DNA of 64,000 bases, from assembly GCA_963719425.1 (NCBI GenBank), contig OY970382.1:813833-877832 (forward strand). Reading direction: 5' to 3'. Under the pieces are notes generated by a model, which worked only from the letters and a program-made list of their open reading frames with translations, did no database searches and had not been told where the DNA came from. Source of the DNA: an uncultured bacterium. GTDB taxonomy: Bacteria; Patescibacteriota; Minisyncoccia; UBA6257; 2-01-FULL-56-20. A program made the position numbers and the translations under genes. Below are positions 30,459-39,039 of this stretch, piece after piece; within the stretch, counting starts at the first letter, position 1, and every line of letters begins with the position of its first letter.

Positions 30459-30530
30459 CGCCCTCGGAGGGAATCGAACCCCCATAACCAGCTTAGAAGT
30501 CTGGCGTTCTGTCCATTGAACTACGAGGGC
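30459..30530 (-). tRNA. tRNA-Arg (anticodon UCU)
   Basis: Reverse complement gives GCCCTCG acceptor, anticodon loop CTTCTAA, T-arm GGGGG-TTCGATT-CCCTC. Confidence 0.8.
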
Positions 30531-30599
30531 CCCGCGTCGCGTGGCGCCGCTGAACGCATTGATTCTACAACGGAAATAGGATAGTTTGAAGAGGCATCA

Positions 30600-30670
30600 C
30601 GGGCCGTCGTATACCGGTAGTACGCGTGCTTTGGGAGCACGTAGACTGGGTTCAATTCCCAGCGGCCCGA
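30600..30670 (+). tRNA. tRNA-Pro (anticodon UGG)
   Basis: CGGGCCG/CGGCCCG acceptor, anticodon stem CGTGC/GCACG with loop TTTGGGA, T-arm CTGGG-TTCAATT-CCCAG. Confidence 0.85.
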
Positions 30671-30704
30671 CGAAGGTGGGACTCGGTAATTATGAAACGT
30701 ATTG

Positions 30705-30980
30705 TGCCGCGGGGGTGAATCGAACACCCGACGCCAGCCTCTTCCGAAGCTGAATTTGGACTATATCATCTTCCTCTAGGAGGAAGCCGGGCGCTTGTGC
30801 GAGATTATTGTTGGGACTCACTCGCTAGTCTCTACGCCTTCTTCGCAACCCATGCCCTGCGAAGCTTGGTTCGGGATTGTCCTTTTGGAGTTCCCCCGAG
30901 TTCACCCGGTTATTCAATCCGCATTGCTGCGGAAAGCCCCAAAGATTTAGGGCTGCGCTCTACCACTGAGCTACCGCGGC
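30705..30980 (-). tRNA. Split tRNA, read as tRNA-Phe(GAA). 5' exon 30980..30949, 3' exon 30744..30705, with a ~204-nt intervening sequence in the anticodon loop
   Basis: The 5' half (GCCGCGG-TA-GCTC-AGTGGTA-GAGC-G-CAGCC-CT) and 3' half (GAAGA-GGCTG-GCGTC-GGGTG-TTCGATT-CACCC-CCGCGGC-A) are exactly complementary in the acceptor and anticodon stems. The 3' half has no 5' part of its own. Confidence 0.6.
30745..30948 (-). ncRNA. Compact group-I-like intron inserted after U33 of the tRNA
   Basis: 5' exon ...AGCCCU can pair with intron GGGGCU (a P1 helix with a U-G wobble at the splice site). CUUU immediately 5' of that guide can pair with the 3'-exon start GAAG (P10). The intron ends in G, consistent with an omega-G. 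An internal CCAAGCUUCG...GAAGGCGUAGAGACUAG...GAGUCC segment resembles the conserved core of small tRNA group I introns. Confidence 0.5.
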
Positions 30981-31024
30981 GTGAACAAACCCGCATTCAG
31001 AATATACAATTAAAAGAAATAAGT

Positions 31025-31084
31025 AAACGGTGTAGGCCTTCGGCCGAACTCGTCTGCGCGCGAGGACAAAGGCCTACACCGTTT
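31025..31084 (-). terminator. rpsA terminator: 14-bp stem (aaacggtgtaggcc / ggcctacaccgttt) with a 32-nt loop, followed on the minus strand by a U-rich tract
   Basis: Read directly. The loop carries the 31-nt motif that is also found upstream of rpsA. Confidence 0.5.
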
Positions 31085-32168
31085 ACGCCTTCTTCACCTT
31101 CAGCGTGATCCTTCTTTCTTCTGGCTTCACGGAATCAATAACAAACTGGTACGACTGTCCGATGGCGAGCGCTTTTTTCATCTCGTCTTGTCCGCCGAAC
31201 TCGGAGATGTGTACCATGCCCTGAAGGTCTCCTGCGAGCGCGACGATGGCGCCGAAGGGATTGAACTTGTACACACGGCCTTCCACGGTGGCGCCGGGCT
31301 TCATGGTGTCACCGAGCTTCGCCCACGGATCTTCTTTGAGCGCCTTAAGGGAGAGAAACACACGGCCTTCTTTTATGTCCACGATTTTTGCCTTTAGTTG
31401 GTCGTTCACCGTTACGAGTTCTTTTGGATTGTCTATCAACTTGTAGTCCAGCTCGGAAATGTGGATCATGCCCTCGATCTGCGGATTACCCACGAAGCGG
31501 ACGAAGACGCCAAAGTCGGCGACGCCCGAGACGATGCAATCAACATCCTGCCCCACCGCATAAGCGGCAAGCAGTTCCTTCACGTTCGCCGAAAGTACTT
31601 CGCGCTCGGAAACGATGATCTTGTTGCTCCGCGGATTCACGTCAATGATCTTCACGGAAAGCTCCTGTCCAATAAATTTCTTCAGCTCTTCCGCGATTTT
31701 CACGCGGTCGCCGTCCGGGACTTTCGGATAGTGTTCAAGCGAGAGTTGGGAAACAGGAAGGAAGGATTTCAGTTCTTCGGAGACCACAGCCATCAGCCCA
31801 CCGGCATTCGCGCCGACGATTTTCGCTTTCACGACCTCGCCGACTTCCGCGAGATCTTTCGCCTGTTGCCAAAGCTTTTGCTTGCCTGCTTCGGATAGCG
31901 AAAGTTCAATATTGCCCTCTTCGCCGTCCAGTGCGATGATTTTCGCATTGAGCTTGCCGTCGGGATTTAGGTTGCGCAGCGCCTCCCGCGCGTTCTGAAA
32001 TTCTATGCCATAGACGATGCCGGTGCCGAAGCGGCCCATGTCAAAATAGGCCTTGCGGGAAAGCTTTTTGATGAGCGTGACTTCCACAACCGTGCCTTCT
32101 TTTGGCCAATCGGCCGCCGAAAGCTCGGTCTTCAGGAACTGCGCGATGTTCGCGTCCGTTTGAGGCAT
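31083..32168 (-). CDS. rpsA: 30S ribosomal protein S1-like protein with four S1 domains
   Basis: Repeated S1-domain pattern (G.V....V..I...G.FV.....G..H.SE). Confidence 0.8.
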   Translation of the reverse strand: MPQTDANIAQFLKTELSAADWPKEGTVVEVTLIKKLSRKAYFDMGRFGTGIVYGIEFQNAREALRNLNPDGKLNAKIIALDGEEGNIELSLSEAGKQKLWQQAKDLAEVGEVVKAKIVGANAGGLMAVVSEELKSFLPVSQLSLEHYPKVPDGDRVKIAEELKKFIGQELSVKIIDVNPRSNKIIVSEREVLSANVKELLAAYAVGQDVDCIVSGVADFGVFVRFVGNPQIEGMIHISELDYKLIDNPKELVTVNDQLKAKIVDIKEGRVFLSLKALKEDPWAKLGDTMKPGATVEGRVYKFNPFGAIVALAGDLQGMVHISEFGGQDEMKKALAIGQSYQFVIDSVKPEERRITLKVKKA

Positions 32169-32338
32169 TGGTGCTCATTGTATTCAATAAAAAGGCAAAT
32201 TGCAAGCAGGTAGAGAGGCGTGGGAATGTGTTTGGGCCGAATTCGTCTTCGCGCGAGGACGAAATGCATTCTTACGCGCGCCTGGGTATGCCCGACGGCG
32301 GTTGTATTTCGGCCGATTTTTTGATAAAATGTCCTCAT

Positions 32339-32950
32339 ATGGTTTTGAATTATTTTGGCAACGGAGCCTTTCGGCTCCAAAGCGGAGACACGTCCATCCT
32401 CGTGAATCCGGAGAACAACCGCCTCAAGGCGGATGTTACATTAAAGACGCTTGTGGCGTCGGAAAGCCCGCTTGCGGCGGAGGCGACAGCGAGCGCGGCC
32501 GGAGCGGCGGGCGGTGCCGCGGCTGCGGCGCAAACGATCGCATTCCCCGGCGAGTACGAAGTGAAGGAAATAGAAATTTTGGGGTATCCCGTCGCTGCCG
32601 AATCAACGGAAAAGTTTTTGAAGACGGTGTATGCAGTGTATTGGGAGGAAATGAAATTTGTTTTCTTGGGGCATCTCTCCCGGCCCGTGGACGCGGCGCT
32701 CATGGAGGAGCTTTTGGCACCGGACGTGCTCATCCTGCCCGTCGGCGGCGGCCATTTTTTGGAGCCGGAGATCGCGGCGAAGGTCGCGAAGCAACTTGAA
32801 GCGCGCATTGTCATTCCGAGCTTTTATAAAAACCCCGACGAGTTTCTGAAGGCGCTTGGCAAGAAGGCGGAAAAAATGGATAGATTCGTATTCAAGCAAA
32901 AGGACATTATGGGCGACAAAGGGCGGCCGATCGTTTTGAGCGCGGGCTGA
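32339..32950 (+). CDS. MBL-fold metal-dependent hydrolase (UPF0173-like)
   Basis: Beta-lactamase-fold pattern (..ILVNPE.....D....DV.LI.HGH.DH). Start trimmed to MVLNYFG to avoid overlapping rpsA. Confidence 0.55.
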   Translation: MVLNYFGNGAFRLQSGDTSILVNPENNRLKADVTLKTLVASESPLAAEATASAAGAAGGAAAAAQTIAFPGEYEVKEIEILGYPVAAESTEKFLKTVYAVYWEEMKFVFLGHLSRPVDAALMEELLAPDVLILPVGGGHFLEPEIAAKVAKQLEARIVIPSFYKNPDEFLKALGKKAEKMDRFVFKQKDIMGDKGRPIVLSAG

Positions 32951-33309
32951 TGCGGGTCATGCGCGAGGCAGAGAAAAAGAGCTTTCTTGAAGAGCTGCAG
33001 TCGCTTGACGAAGCGACCAAAACGAAAATTTTGGTCGTGGCAACGGCGGTCGCCATGATTATCGTGATTTACGTTTGGCTCGCTTATTTCAATAACCTTA
33101 TCGCGGGGGTCGCACAAGAAGGCGCTGCTTCGTCCGCCGTTTCGTCCTCCGCCGCATCATCGCCTGCGGTGTCCTCGGGTGGGGTAAGTATCTGGCAGAA
33201 TATGGAAGGCGGCATCGGGACGCTCTACGGGAAAGGCGTGGGATTTCTGCATTATTTGGGAAACATTCTACAGGCGCCGCGGCAATACATCGTAAAACCG
33301 CCACAGTAA
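32950..33309 (+). CDS. Hypothetical small membrane protein
   Basis: Single TM, Ser/Ala-rich tail. Its ATGA overlaps the upstream stop. Confidence 0.4.
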   Translation: MRVMREAEKKSFLEELQSLDEATKTKILVVATAVAMIIVIYVWLAYFNNLIAGVAQEGAASSAVSSSAASSPAVSSGGVSIWQNMEGGIGTLYGKGVGFLHYLGNILQAPRQYIVKPPQ

Positions 33310-33332
33310 ATTTTTCATAGCTAATTTTTAAC

Positions 33333-35783
33333 ATGGCAAAGCTGGAAAAAAGGGAAATTACAAAAGAGCTTAGCGAGTCATACTTGGACTACGCGATGTC
33401 GGTCATCGTCGCGCGGGCGCTGCCCGATGTGCGCGATGGCTTGAAGCCGGTGCAACGGCGGATTCTTTGGGACATGTGGGAATCGGGACTCACGCACCTT
33501 GCAAAGTTCAGGAAGTCGGCAACCGTGGTGGGTGACACGATGTCCAAGTATCACCCGCACGGCGACATGGCGATCTACGATACCCTCGTGCGCCTCGCGC
33601 AGGATTTTTCGCTCCGCTACCCGCTCGTGCACGGGCAGGGGAATTTTGGTTCGGTGGACGGCGACCCGCCGGCGGCGCACCGCTACACGGAGGCGAAGCT
33701 TTCGCGGATCACCGAGGAGGTGCTTGCGGATATTGAAAAAGAAACGGTTGATTGGGCGCCGAATTACGATGGGACGAGGAACGAGCCGCGCGTGCTTCCC
33801 GCGAAACTCCCCAATCTTCTTTTGAACGGGACGCTCGGCATCGCGGTGGGGATGGCGACGAGCATTCCCACGCACAACCTAAACGAGATCGCGGACGCCA
33901 TTCTTTATCTTGCGGACAATCCCGACGCGACAAGCGAGGACCTTTTACAATTTGTGAAGGGGCCGGATTTTCCGACGGGCGGCATCATCTATGACGCGAA
34001 GGCGATACGCGAAGCGTACGTGTCCGGACGCGGCGCGGTTCTCACGCGTGCGAAAACGGAGATCGTGGAGAACAAGGCCGGCAAGCAGTTTGACATTGTG
34101 GTGACGGAGATTCCGTACCAGGTAAATAAGGCCGAACTCATAAAGACGATCGCCGAGCTCGCGCAGGAAAAGAAGATAGAAGGCATCCGCGACCTCCGCG
34201 ACGAGTCCGATCGCGAGGGGATGCGCATCGTGATTGAACTCAAGAACGACGTGGTACCCCAGAAGATTCTAAACTGGCTCTACAAGCACACCGATCTTGA
34301 AAAGAATTTCAACATGAACATGACCGCGCTCGTTGCCAATGCGGACGGTGGCAACGGCGGCCTTGAGCCGCGACTCTTGTCGTTGCGCGACATCCTTGCC
34401 GAGTATCTCGCGTATCGGAAGGAGGTGGTGCGGCGGCGGACACAGTTTGACCTCAAGAAGGCGCAGGAGCGCGCCCATATTTTGGAAGGTCTTGCGAAAG
34501 CACTTGACGCGATTGATCGCGTGATCGCAACGATCAAGAAATCGAAGGATAAAGAAGAAGCGCATGCGAACCTCATGAAACAATTTAAGTTCACCGATAT
34601 CCAGGCGACGGCGATCTTGGAGATGCGGCTCCAGACGCTCGCCGCGCTTGAGCACCAAAAGATAGACGCGGAACTCACGGAGAAAAAAGCGCTCATTGAA
34701 GAACTGACACTTATTTTGAAGAGCCCGGCACGGATATTAAAAATTATCAAAGACGAAATCCGCGAACTCAAAGAAAAATACGGCGACGAGCGGAGGACAC
34801 AGGTCATTGCGCACGCCGTTGCGGCGATGAGCGATGAAGATTTGATCAACGACGAGGATGCAATCGTGACGGTTTCGGGCGGCGGGTACATCAAGCGGCT
34901 GCCGCCGAGCACTTTTAAAGTGCAAAAACGCGGCGGCAAGGGACTCATTGGCTCCGAAGTGGCCGACGAGGATTTCCTTTCGCATTTCTTCAGCGCGCGG
35001 ACGCACGACAACGTTTTATTCTTCACGAACCGCGGGCGCGCGTTCCAAACGAAGGTCTACGAGATTCCGCAGGCGACGCGCACGTCAAAAGGCAAGGCCA
35101 TCCAGAACTTTTTGGAACTGCCGGCTGACGAAACCGTGAGCGCGATCGTGAACTACTCCTCGAGAGGTCCAAAACGCGCAGAGAAAAAATATCTGATGTT
35201 GGTTACAAAACGGGGGGTGATCAAAAAGTCGCCGCTTGAGGATTTTGAAAATATCCGCCGCACTGGCATCATTGCGATTAAGCTCAAAAAAGGAGATCAG
35301 CTCAAGTGGGCACGGCTCACGGGCGGTACGGACCAGGTGATCCTCGTGACGCGCCAGGGACAGTCCATCCGCTTTGATGAAAAACAGGTGCGTTCCATGG
35401 GGCGGGCCGCGGCGGGCGTCCGCGCGATCAGATTGAAGAAACAGAACGACGAGGTCGCGGGCTTTGCTATAATCAAGGGAGGAGAAGCGAAACTCCTTGT
35501 GGTCATGGAGAACGGTTTCGCGAAGCAGACGCCGCTCAAGGAATATAAGACGCAGAGCCGAGGCGGATCGGGCGTGAAGACCGCGGAGATCACGGCGAAG
35601 ACCGGGTCCCTGACCTCCGCGCACGTTGTGACGGAAGAAAAGGAGGTCTTCGCGCTTTCGGCGAAAGGGCAGATGATCCGCACCGAGCTCAAGGCGGTGC
35701 GCACGACCGGGCGCTCGGCGCAGGGCGTGCGCATCATGAATCTGAAGGGCGGTGACCGGTTGGCTGGGACAGTGGTGATCTAG
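33333..35783 (+). CDS. gyrA: DNA gyrase subunit A
   Basis: Active-site region ...[11 protein letters not shown]..., GyrA-box-like C-terminal beta-pinwheel repeats; 816 aa. Confidence 0.9.
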   Translation: MAKLEKREITKELSESYLDYAMSVIVARALPDVRDGLKPVQRRILWDMWESGLTHLAKFRKSATVVGDTMSKYHPHGDMAIYDTLVRLAQDFSLRYPLVHGQGNFGSVDGDPPAAHRYTEAKLSRITEEVLADIEKETVDWAPNYDGTRNEPRVLPAKLPNLLLNGTLGIAVGMATSIPTHNLNEIADAILYLADNPDATSEDLLQFVKGPDFPTGGIIYDAKAIREAYVSGRGAVLTRAKTEIVENKAGKQFDIVVTEIPYQVNKAELIKTIAELAQEKKIEGIRDLRDESDREGMRIVIELKNDVVPQKILNWLYKHTDLEKNFNMNMTALVANADGGNGGLEPRLLSLRDILAEYLAYRKEVVRRRTQFDLKKAQERAHILEGLAKALDAIDRVIATIKKSKDKEEAHANLMKQFKFTDIQATAILEMRLQTLAALEHQKIDAELTEKKALIEELTLILKSPARILKIIKDEIRELKEKYGDERRTQVIAHAVAAMSDEDLINDEDAIVTVSGGGYIKRLPPSTFKVQKRGGKGLIGSEVADEDFLSHFFSARTHDNVLFFTNRGRAFQTKVYEIPQATRTSKGKAIQNFLELPADETVSAIVNYSSRGPKRAEKKYLMLVTKRGVIKKSPLEDFENIRRTGIIAIKLKKGDQLKWARLTGGTDQVILVTRQGQSIRFDEKQVRSMGRAAAGVRAIRLKKQNDEVAGFAIIKGGEAKLLVVMENGFAKQTPLKEYKTQSRGGSGVKTAEITAKTGSLTSAHVVTEEKEVFALSAKGQMIRTELKAVRTTGRSAQGVRIMNLKGGDRLAGTVVI

Positions 35784-35838
35784 TAACTAGTTGCTGGGAA
35801 ACCTAGTTGCTAGTCGCCGATAGTCAGTAACTAGTACA

Positions 35839-37125
35839 ATGCCCGTAAAACTTTCCAAAAAACAGATTGTCATCATTGGTGGAGGAGTCGTCGTTTTGAT
35901 TGTCGTTGTCGTCCTCCTTTATATCGGGTTGCGCCCAAAGGTGAATACCGGTTCGGGGGTTGCGCTTACCGTGTGGGGCACCGAGGACAGCGGAACCTTC
36001 GGGAGTATTCTTGCGTCGTATCCGTACGGGAAGGTGACGTACGTGCAGGTTGACCCCGCGAACTATCATTCACTGATTCTCTCCGCCCTCGCGGCGGGTA
36101 CCGGCCCCGACGTGTTTGAAGTAAGCAACCGCGAGCTCCCAAAATGGGCATCGGTTCTCATGCCGTTCCCCGCTTCCTCAACACAGTTCGGCGTCCTCCA
36201 GCTTCAAAGCTTGTTCCCGGACACGGTGGCGAGGGATTTTGTTCGGGGCGGGGGAATTTACGGGCTCCCGCTTTCCATTGATACGCTCGCCATGGTGTAC
36301 AACAAAGACCTTTTCAACGCTGCGGGCGTCGCGGTTCCTCCTGCGACATGGGACGATTTTGATACGGACGTTGTGAGGCTCCGCCGCATGAATGCGGCGG
36401 GCGAGCTCATGCAGGCGGCGGCGGCGATTGGCGGCTCGGGCGCGAGCATCCCAAATGCCGTTGACATCCTTTCACTGCTTATGCTCCAAAGCGGGGCGCA
36501 GATGACGGACGACAGGGGAACCGCCGCGACGTTTTTCACTGGCGGGGACAACGGCGCCACGGGCGTTGCCGCGTTCAATTTCTACCTGCAATTCGCGAAC
36601 GCGGCATCGCCGTATTACACTTGGAACGACGGAATGGGAAACGCGGTTGATAGTTTCGTGGCGGGAAAGACTGCGATTATATTTGCATACCAGTCGGATC
36701 TCGCGGCGATAGAAGCGAAAGCGCCTTACCTCAGTATAGGCATCGCGCCGATGCCGCAGGCGAATGGGGCGAGCATGCCCGTGAATTATCCGGAATACAA
36801 CGGCTTAGCGGCGGCGAAAGCGGGCAAATCAGCCGATGCCTGGAATCTCATCTTTTATCTCGCGACAAATGCGGCCAATGCGGCGGCGTACCAAGGCGCA
36901 ACCGGGAAACCGCCCGCGCTCCGCGCCCTGATTCAAGCAGAAGCGAACAGCGCCTCCCTCTCCGTTTTTGCAACACAGATCTTGACCGCGAAATCATGGT
37001 ACGAGGCCGACGATACCCAGATAGACGCCATTTTTGACACTGCCATAAAAAACGTGCTCGACGGTTCTGCAGATTCATCTCAAGCCCTGAACCAGGCACA
37101 AACGGCCGTAAGTCAATTAATGTAA
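35839..37125 (+). CDS. N-terminally anchored extracellular solute-binding protein (SBP family 1, MalE-like), orphan
   Basis: LTVWGTED, GPDVFEV, GLPLSIDTLAMVYNKDLF and GKTAIIFAYQSD motifs. No permease or ATPase partner lies nearby. Confidence 0.7.
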   Translation: MPVKLSKKQIVIIGGGVVVLIVVVVLLYIGLRPKVNTGSGVALTVWGTEDSGTFGSILASYPYGKVTYVQVDPANYHSLILSALAAGTGPDVFEVSNRELPKWASVLMPFPASSTQFGVLQLQSLFPDTVARDFVRGGGIYGLPLSIDTLAMVYNKDLFNAAGVAVPPATWDDFDTDVVRLRRMNAAGELMQAAAAIGGSGASIPNAVDILSLLMLQSGAQMTDDRGTAATFFTGGDNGATGVAAFNFYLQFANAASPYYTWNDGMGNAVDSFVAGKTAIIFAYQSDLAAIEAKAPYLSIGIAPMPQANGASMPVNYPEYNGLAAAKAGKSADAWNLIFYLATNAANAAAYQGATGKPPALRALIQAEANSASLSVFATQILTAKSWYEADDTQIDAIFDTAIKNVLDGSADSSQALNQAQTAVSQLM

Positions 37126-37127
37126 TA

Positions 37128-37586
37128 ATGAATAAGATGAAAACAAAACTTGTCGGCGCTCTTGCCTTGTTCGTGATTGTGACGCCGTATCTCGCGTTCG
37201 CTGCGATCAATAGCAATGTGTGGAGCCCAACCATTTTGAAGGGGCCGCTCATTTCGTGCACGGGAGCAGGAACGGCCGGCGGCACTGATACTAAGAATTG
37301 TCAGAATCTTTGCGACCTCGTGAGCACCGCGGCGAACGTCATCTATTTCGGGATCGGCGTCGTGATTTGGATCATCGCGCCGATTATGATCGCGTGGAGC
37401 GGGATCAGATTACTCATCGCGCGCGGCAGGCCGGAAAAGATAAGCGAGGCCCACAAAATGATCACAAGCGTGGTGTGGGGACTCGTGATCGCGCTTTGCG
37501 CGTACATCATCGTGTACACTTTCATTCACGTCCTTAACATAACCGGCATCGGCGGCTTTGGCACGTCCGCGTGCAGCGTCCAATAA
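37128..37586 (+). CDS. VirB2/TrbC-like small secreted two-helix membrane protein (paralog 1 of 7)
   Basis: Signal peptide, conserved Cys, then two hydrophobic helices separated by an ...RGRPEK... loop and a C-terminal Cys. The topology matches T4SS pilin-family proteins. Confidence 0.5.
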   Translation: MNKMKTKLVGALALFVIVTPYLAFAAINSNVWSPTILKGPLISCTGAGTAGGTDTKNCQNLCDLVSTAANVIYFGIGVVIWIIAPIMIAWSGIRLLIARGRPEKISEAHKMITSVVWGLVIALCAYIIVYTFIHVLNITGIGGFGTSACSVQ

Positions 37587-38483
37587 ATGAACTCGGTACA
37601 GATCACCATTAATCCCAATCTTCCCGGCGTGGCGTCTTCCACCTCCTTTCCCGGCCTTGTCAGTGGTTTCTACAGCTTCGCCCTTCTCATGGCCGGCATC
37701 CTTGCCTTCGGCGCGATCGTCTACGGTGGCATCAAGTACGCGGTGAGCCGCGGCAATCCCTCGGCCGAGAGTGAGGGAAAAAGCTGGATTACGAATGCGC
37801 TCATTGGACTCCTGCTTCTTGCCGGCGCGTACGTCGTTCTTTATACCGTGAATCCGCAGATCGTTTCACTTCAAATTCCCGGTCTGCCGGGGCTGTCTGC
37901 GGTTTCGTCCACGGGAGGCGGGATAGGAGGTGGGGGCGGTGGTGGGGGCGGTGGCGGGACATGTTCTACAATCAGCGATCCGTCAAATTCTTGCAGCATT
38001 AGCAGCGTGCAATCAGCGTGCAGCGCGTGGGTTCCGAATTTAGCATCGCAGGTTTGCAATAAGGAAAGCGGCGGCGGCACAAACCCGGGCATACAAAGCG
38101 GTACCGACAAATGCGAAGACGGCACATCGTTCTCCGTAGGATTGTGGCAGATTAACGTTATCTCCACGCCCGGCGTGCCCTCGGCGTGCAGCTTCACCGA
38201 AGATACGAGTCCTTCCACCAAAGGCGTTGGCTGCAATGGAAGTTATTCCAGTAAACAGGCGCAAGGGTATTGCCTACAATGTAAAACGGGCGGGGGAGGG
38301 CTATACTGTTCAGAGTGGAGCTGTTCTTTTAATACCAGTTCGGGCGATTATAACAGCTGTGTGTCTGGCGTTGCGTCACAGAATGACCAATTAGCTTGCA
38401 CGCTTTATAGTCAGTCGCATGGCGGGAGTTTTTGCCCGTGGAAATATACCGCAAATCTGTGCAGCATTTCCGTGCCTTGCTAA
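37587..38483 (+). CDS. VirB2/TrbC-like module fused to a poly-Gly linker and a C-terminal Cys-rich domain (paralog 2)
   Basis: N-terminal two-helix module (GNPSAESEGKS loop), a GGGIGGGGGGGGGGG linker, then a 170-aa domain with 17 Cys and a KES...SVGLWQINV motif. Confidence 0.5.
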   Translation: MNSVQITINPNLPGVASSTSFPGLVSGFYSFALLMAGILAFGAIVYGGIKYAVSRGNPSAESEGKSWITNALIGLLLLAGAYVVLYTVNPQIVSLQIPGLPGLSAVSSTGGGIGGGGGGGGGGGTCSTISDPSNSCSISSVQSACSAWVPNLASQVCNKESGGGTNPGIQSGTDKCEDGTSFSVGLWQINVISTPGVPSACSFTEDTSPSTKGVGCNGSYSSKQAQGYCLQCKTGGGGLYCSEWSCSFNTSSGDYNSCVSGVASQNDQLACTLYSQSHGGSFCPWKYTANLCSISVPC

Positions 38484-38496
38484 TGGAAGTTCATTT

Positions 38497-39024
38497 ATGA
38501 AAAAACTCATTCTCATCATTGCTCTCGTTATCGTCGTTGGCGCGGTGTTGTTGGTTTTTGTAGGCAGGAATCAGTCCCAAGCGCCCGGCGGCGGAGCTGG
38601 CAATCTTCCGACGCCCACAACGACGCCCGGGCCCGTTCCTGCGGGACCGACAATCTCTCTGCAAACAAATCAGGGCGTGGTCACGATGAAGAATTTTTAT
38701 AACGAAGCTGCGGCCGTAAATCAAGCCACCGTATTTTTGAGGATTGATTTTAGGGACACCTACCATTACGAGATGGGCTACAACAGGCAGAACAGCACAT
38801 TCTACATTATGTTGGATACCTATTCTTTGGCGGATGCGATTGAGTACAGGAGTGTGGCCGAAGACGATTTTCTGAACCTAATGGGCATAAGCAAAAGCGA
38901 CGCCTGCAAGTTGCGCGTTGATCTTAGAGTCAACCCGACGTACGTGACCGCCGGCAATTACCCAATTGATTTGGCCCAAATGAATTACGGTTTGAGCTTC
39001 TGCCCGGGCTCGGTAGGTTTTTGA
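38497..39024 (+). CDS. Hypothetical N-terminally anchored secreted protein
   Basis: ORF with TM/signal MKKLILIIALVIVVGAVLLVFVG; no motifs recognised. Confidence 0.4.
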   Translation: MKKLILIIALVIVVGAVLLVFVGRNQSQAPGGGAGNLPTPTTTPGPVPAGPTISLQTNQGVVTMKNFYNEAAAVNQATVFLRIDFRDTYHYEMGYNRQNSTFYIMLDTYSLADAIEYRSVAEDDFLNLMGISKSDACKLRVDLRVNPTYVTAGNYPIDLAQMNYGLSFCPGSVGF

Positions 39025-39039
39025 TGCCGATGTAGTACA

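Noticed and set aside
30703-30783. Stand-alone tRNA at the 3' exon position
   Set aside because: Only the anticodon 3' strand, variable loop, T-arm and acceptor 3' strand are present. There is no acceptor 5' strand or D-arm within about 75 nt. This fits a 3' exon of the split tRNA.
32102-32338. 5' extension of the MBL-fold hydrolase ORF overlapping the rpsA start
   Set aside because: An overlap of ~70 nt with a convergent, divergent or neighbouring conserved gene is unlikely. The internal Met at 32339 gives a standard MBL-fold N-terminus.
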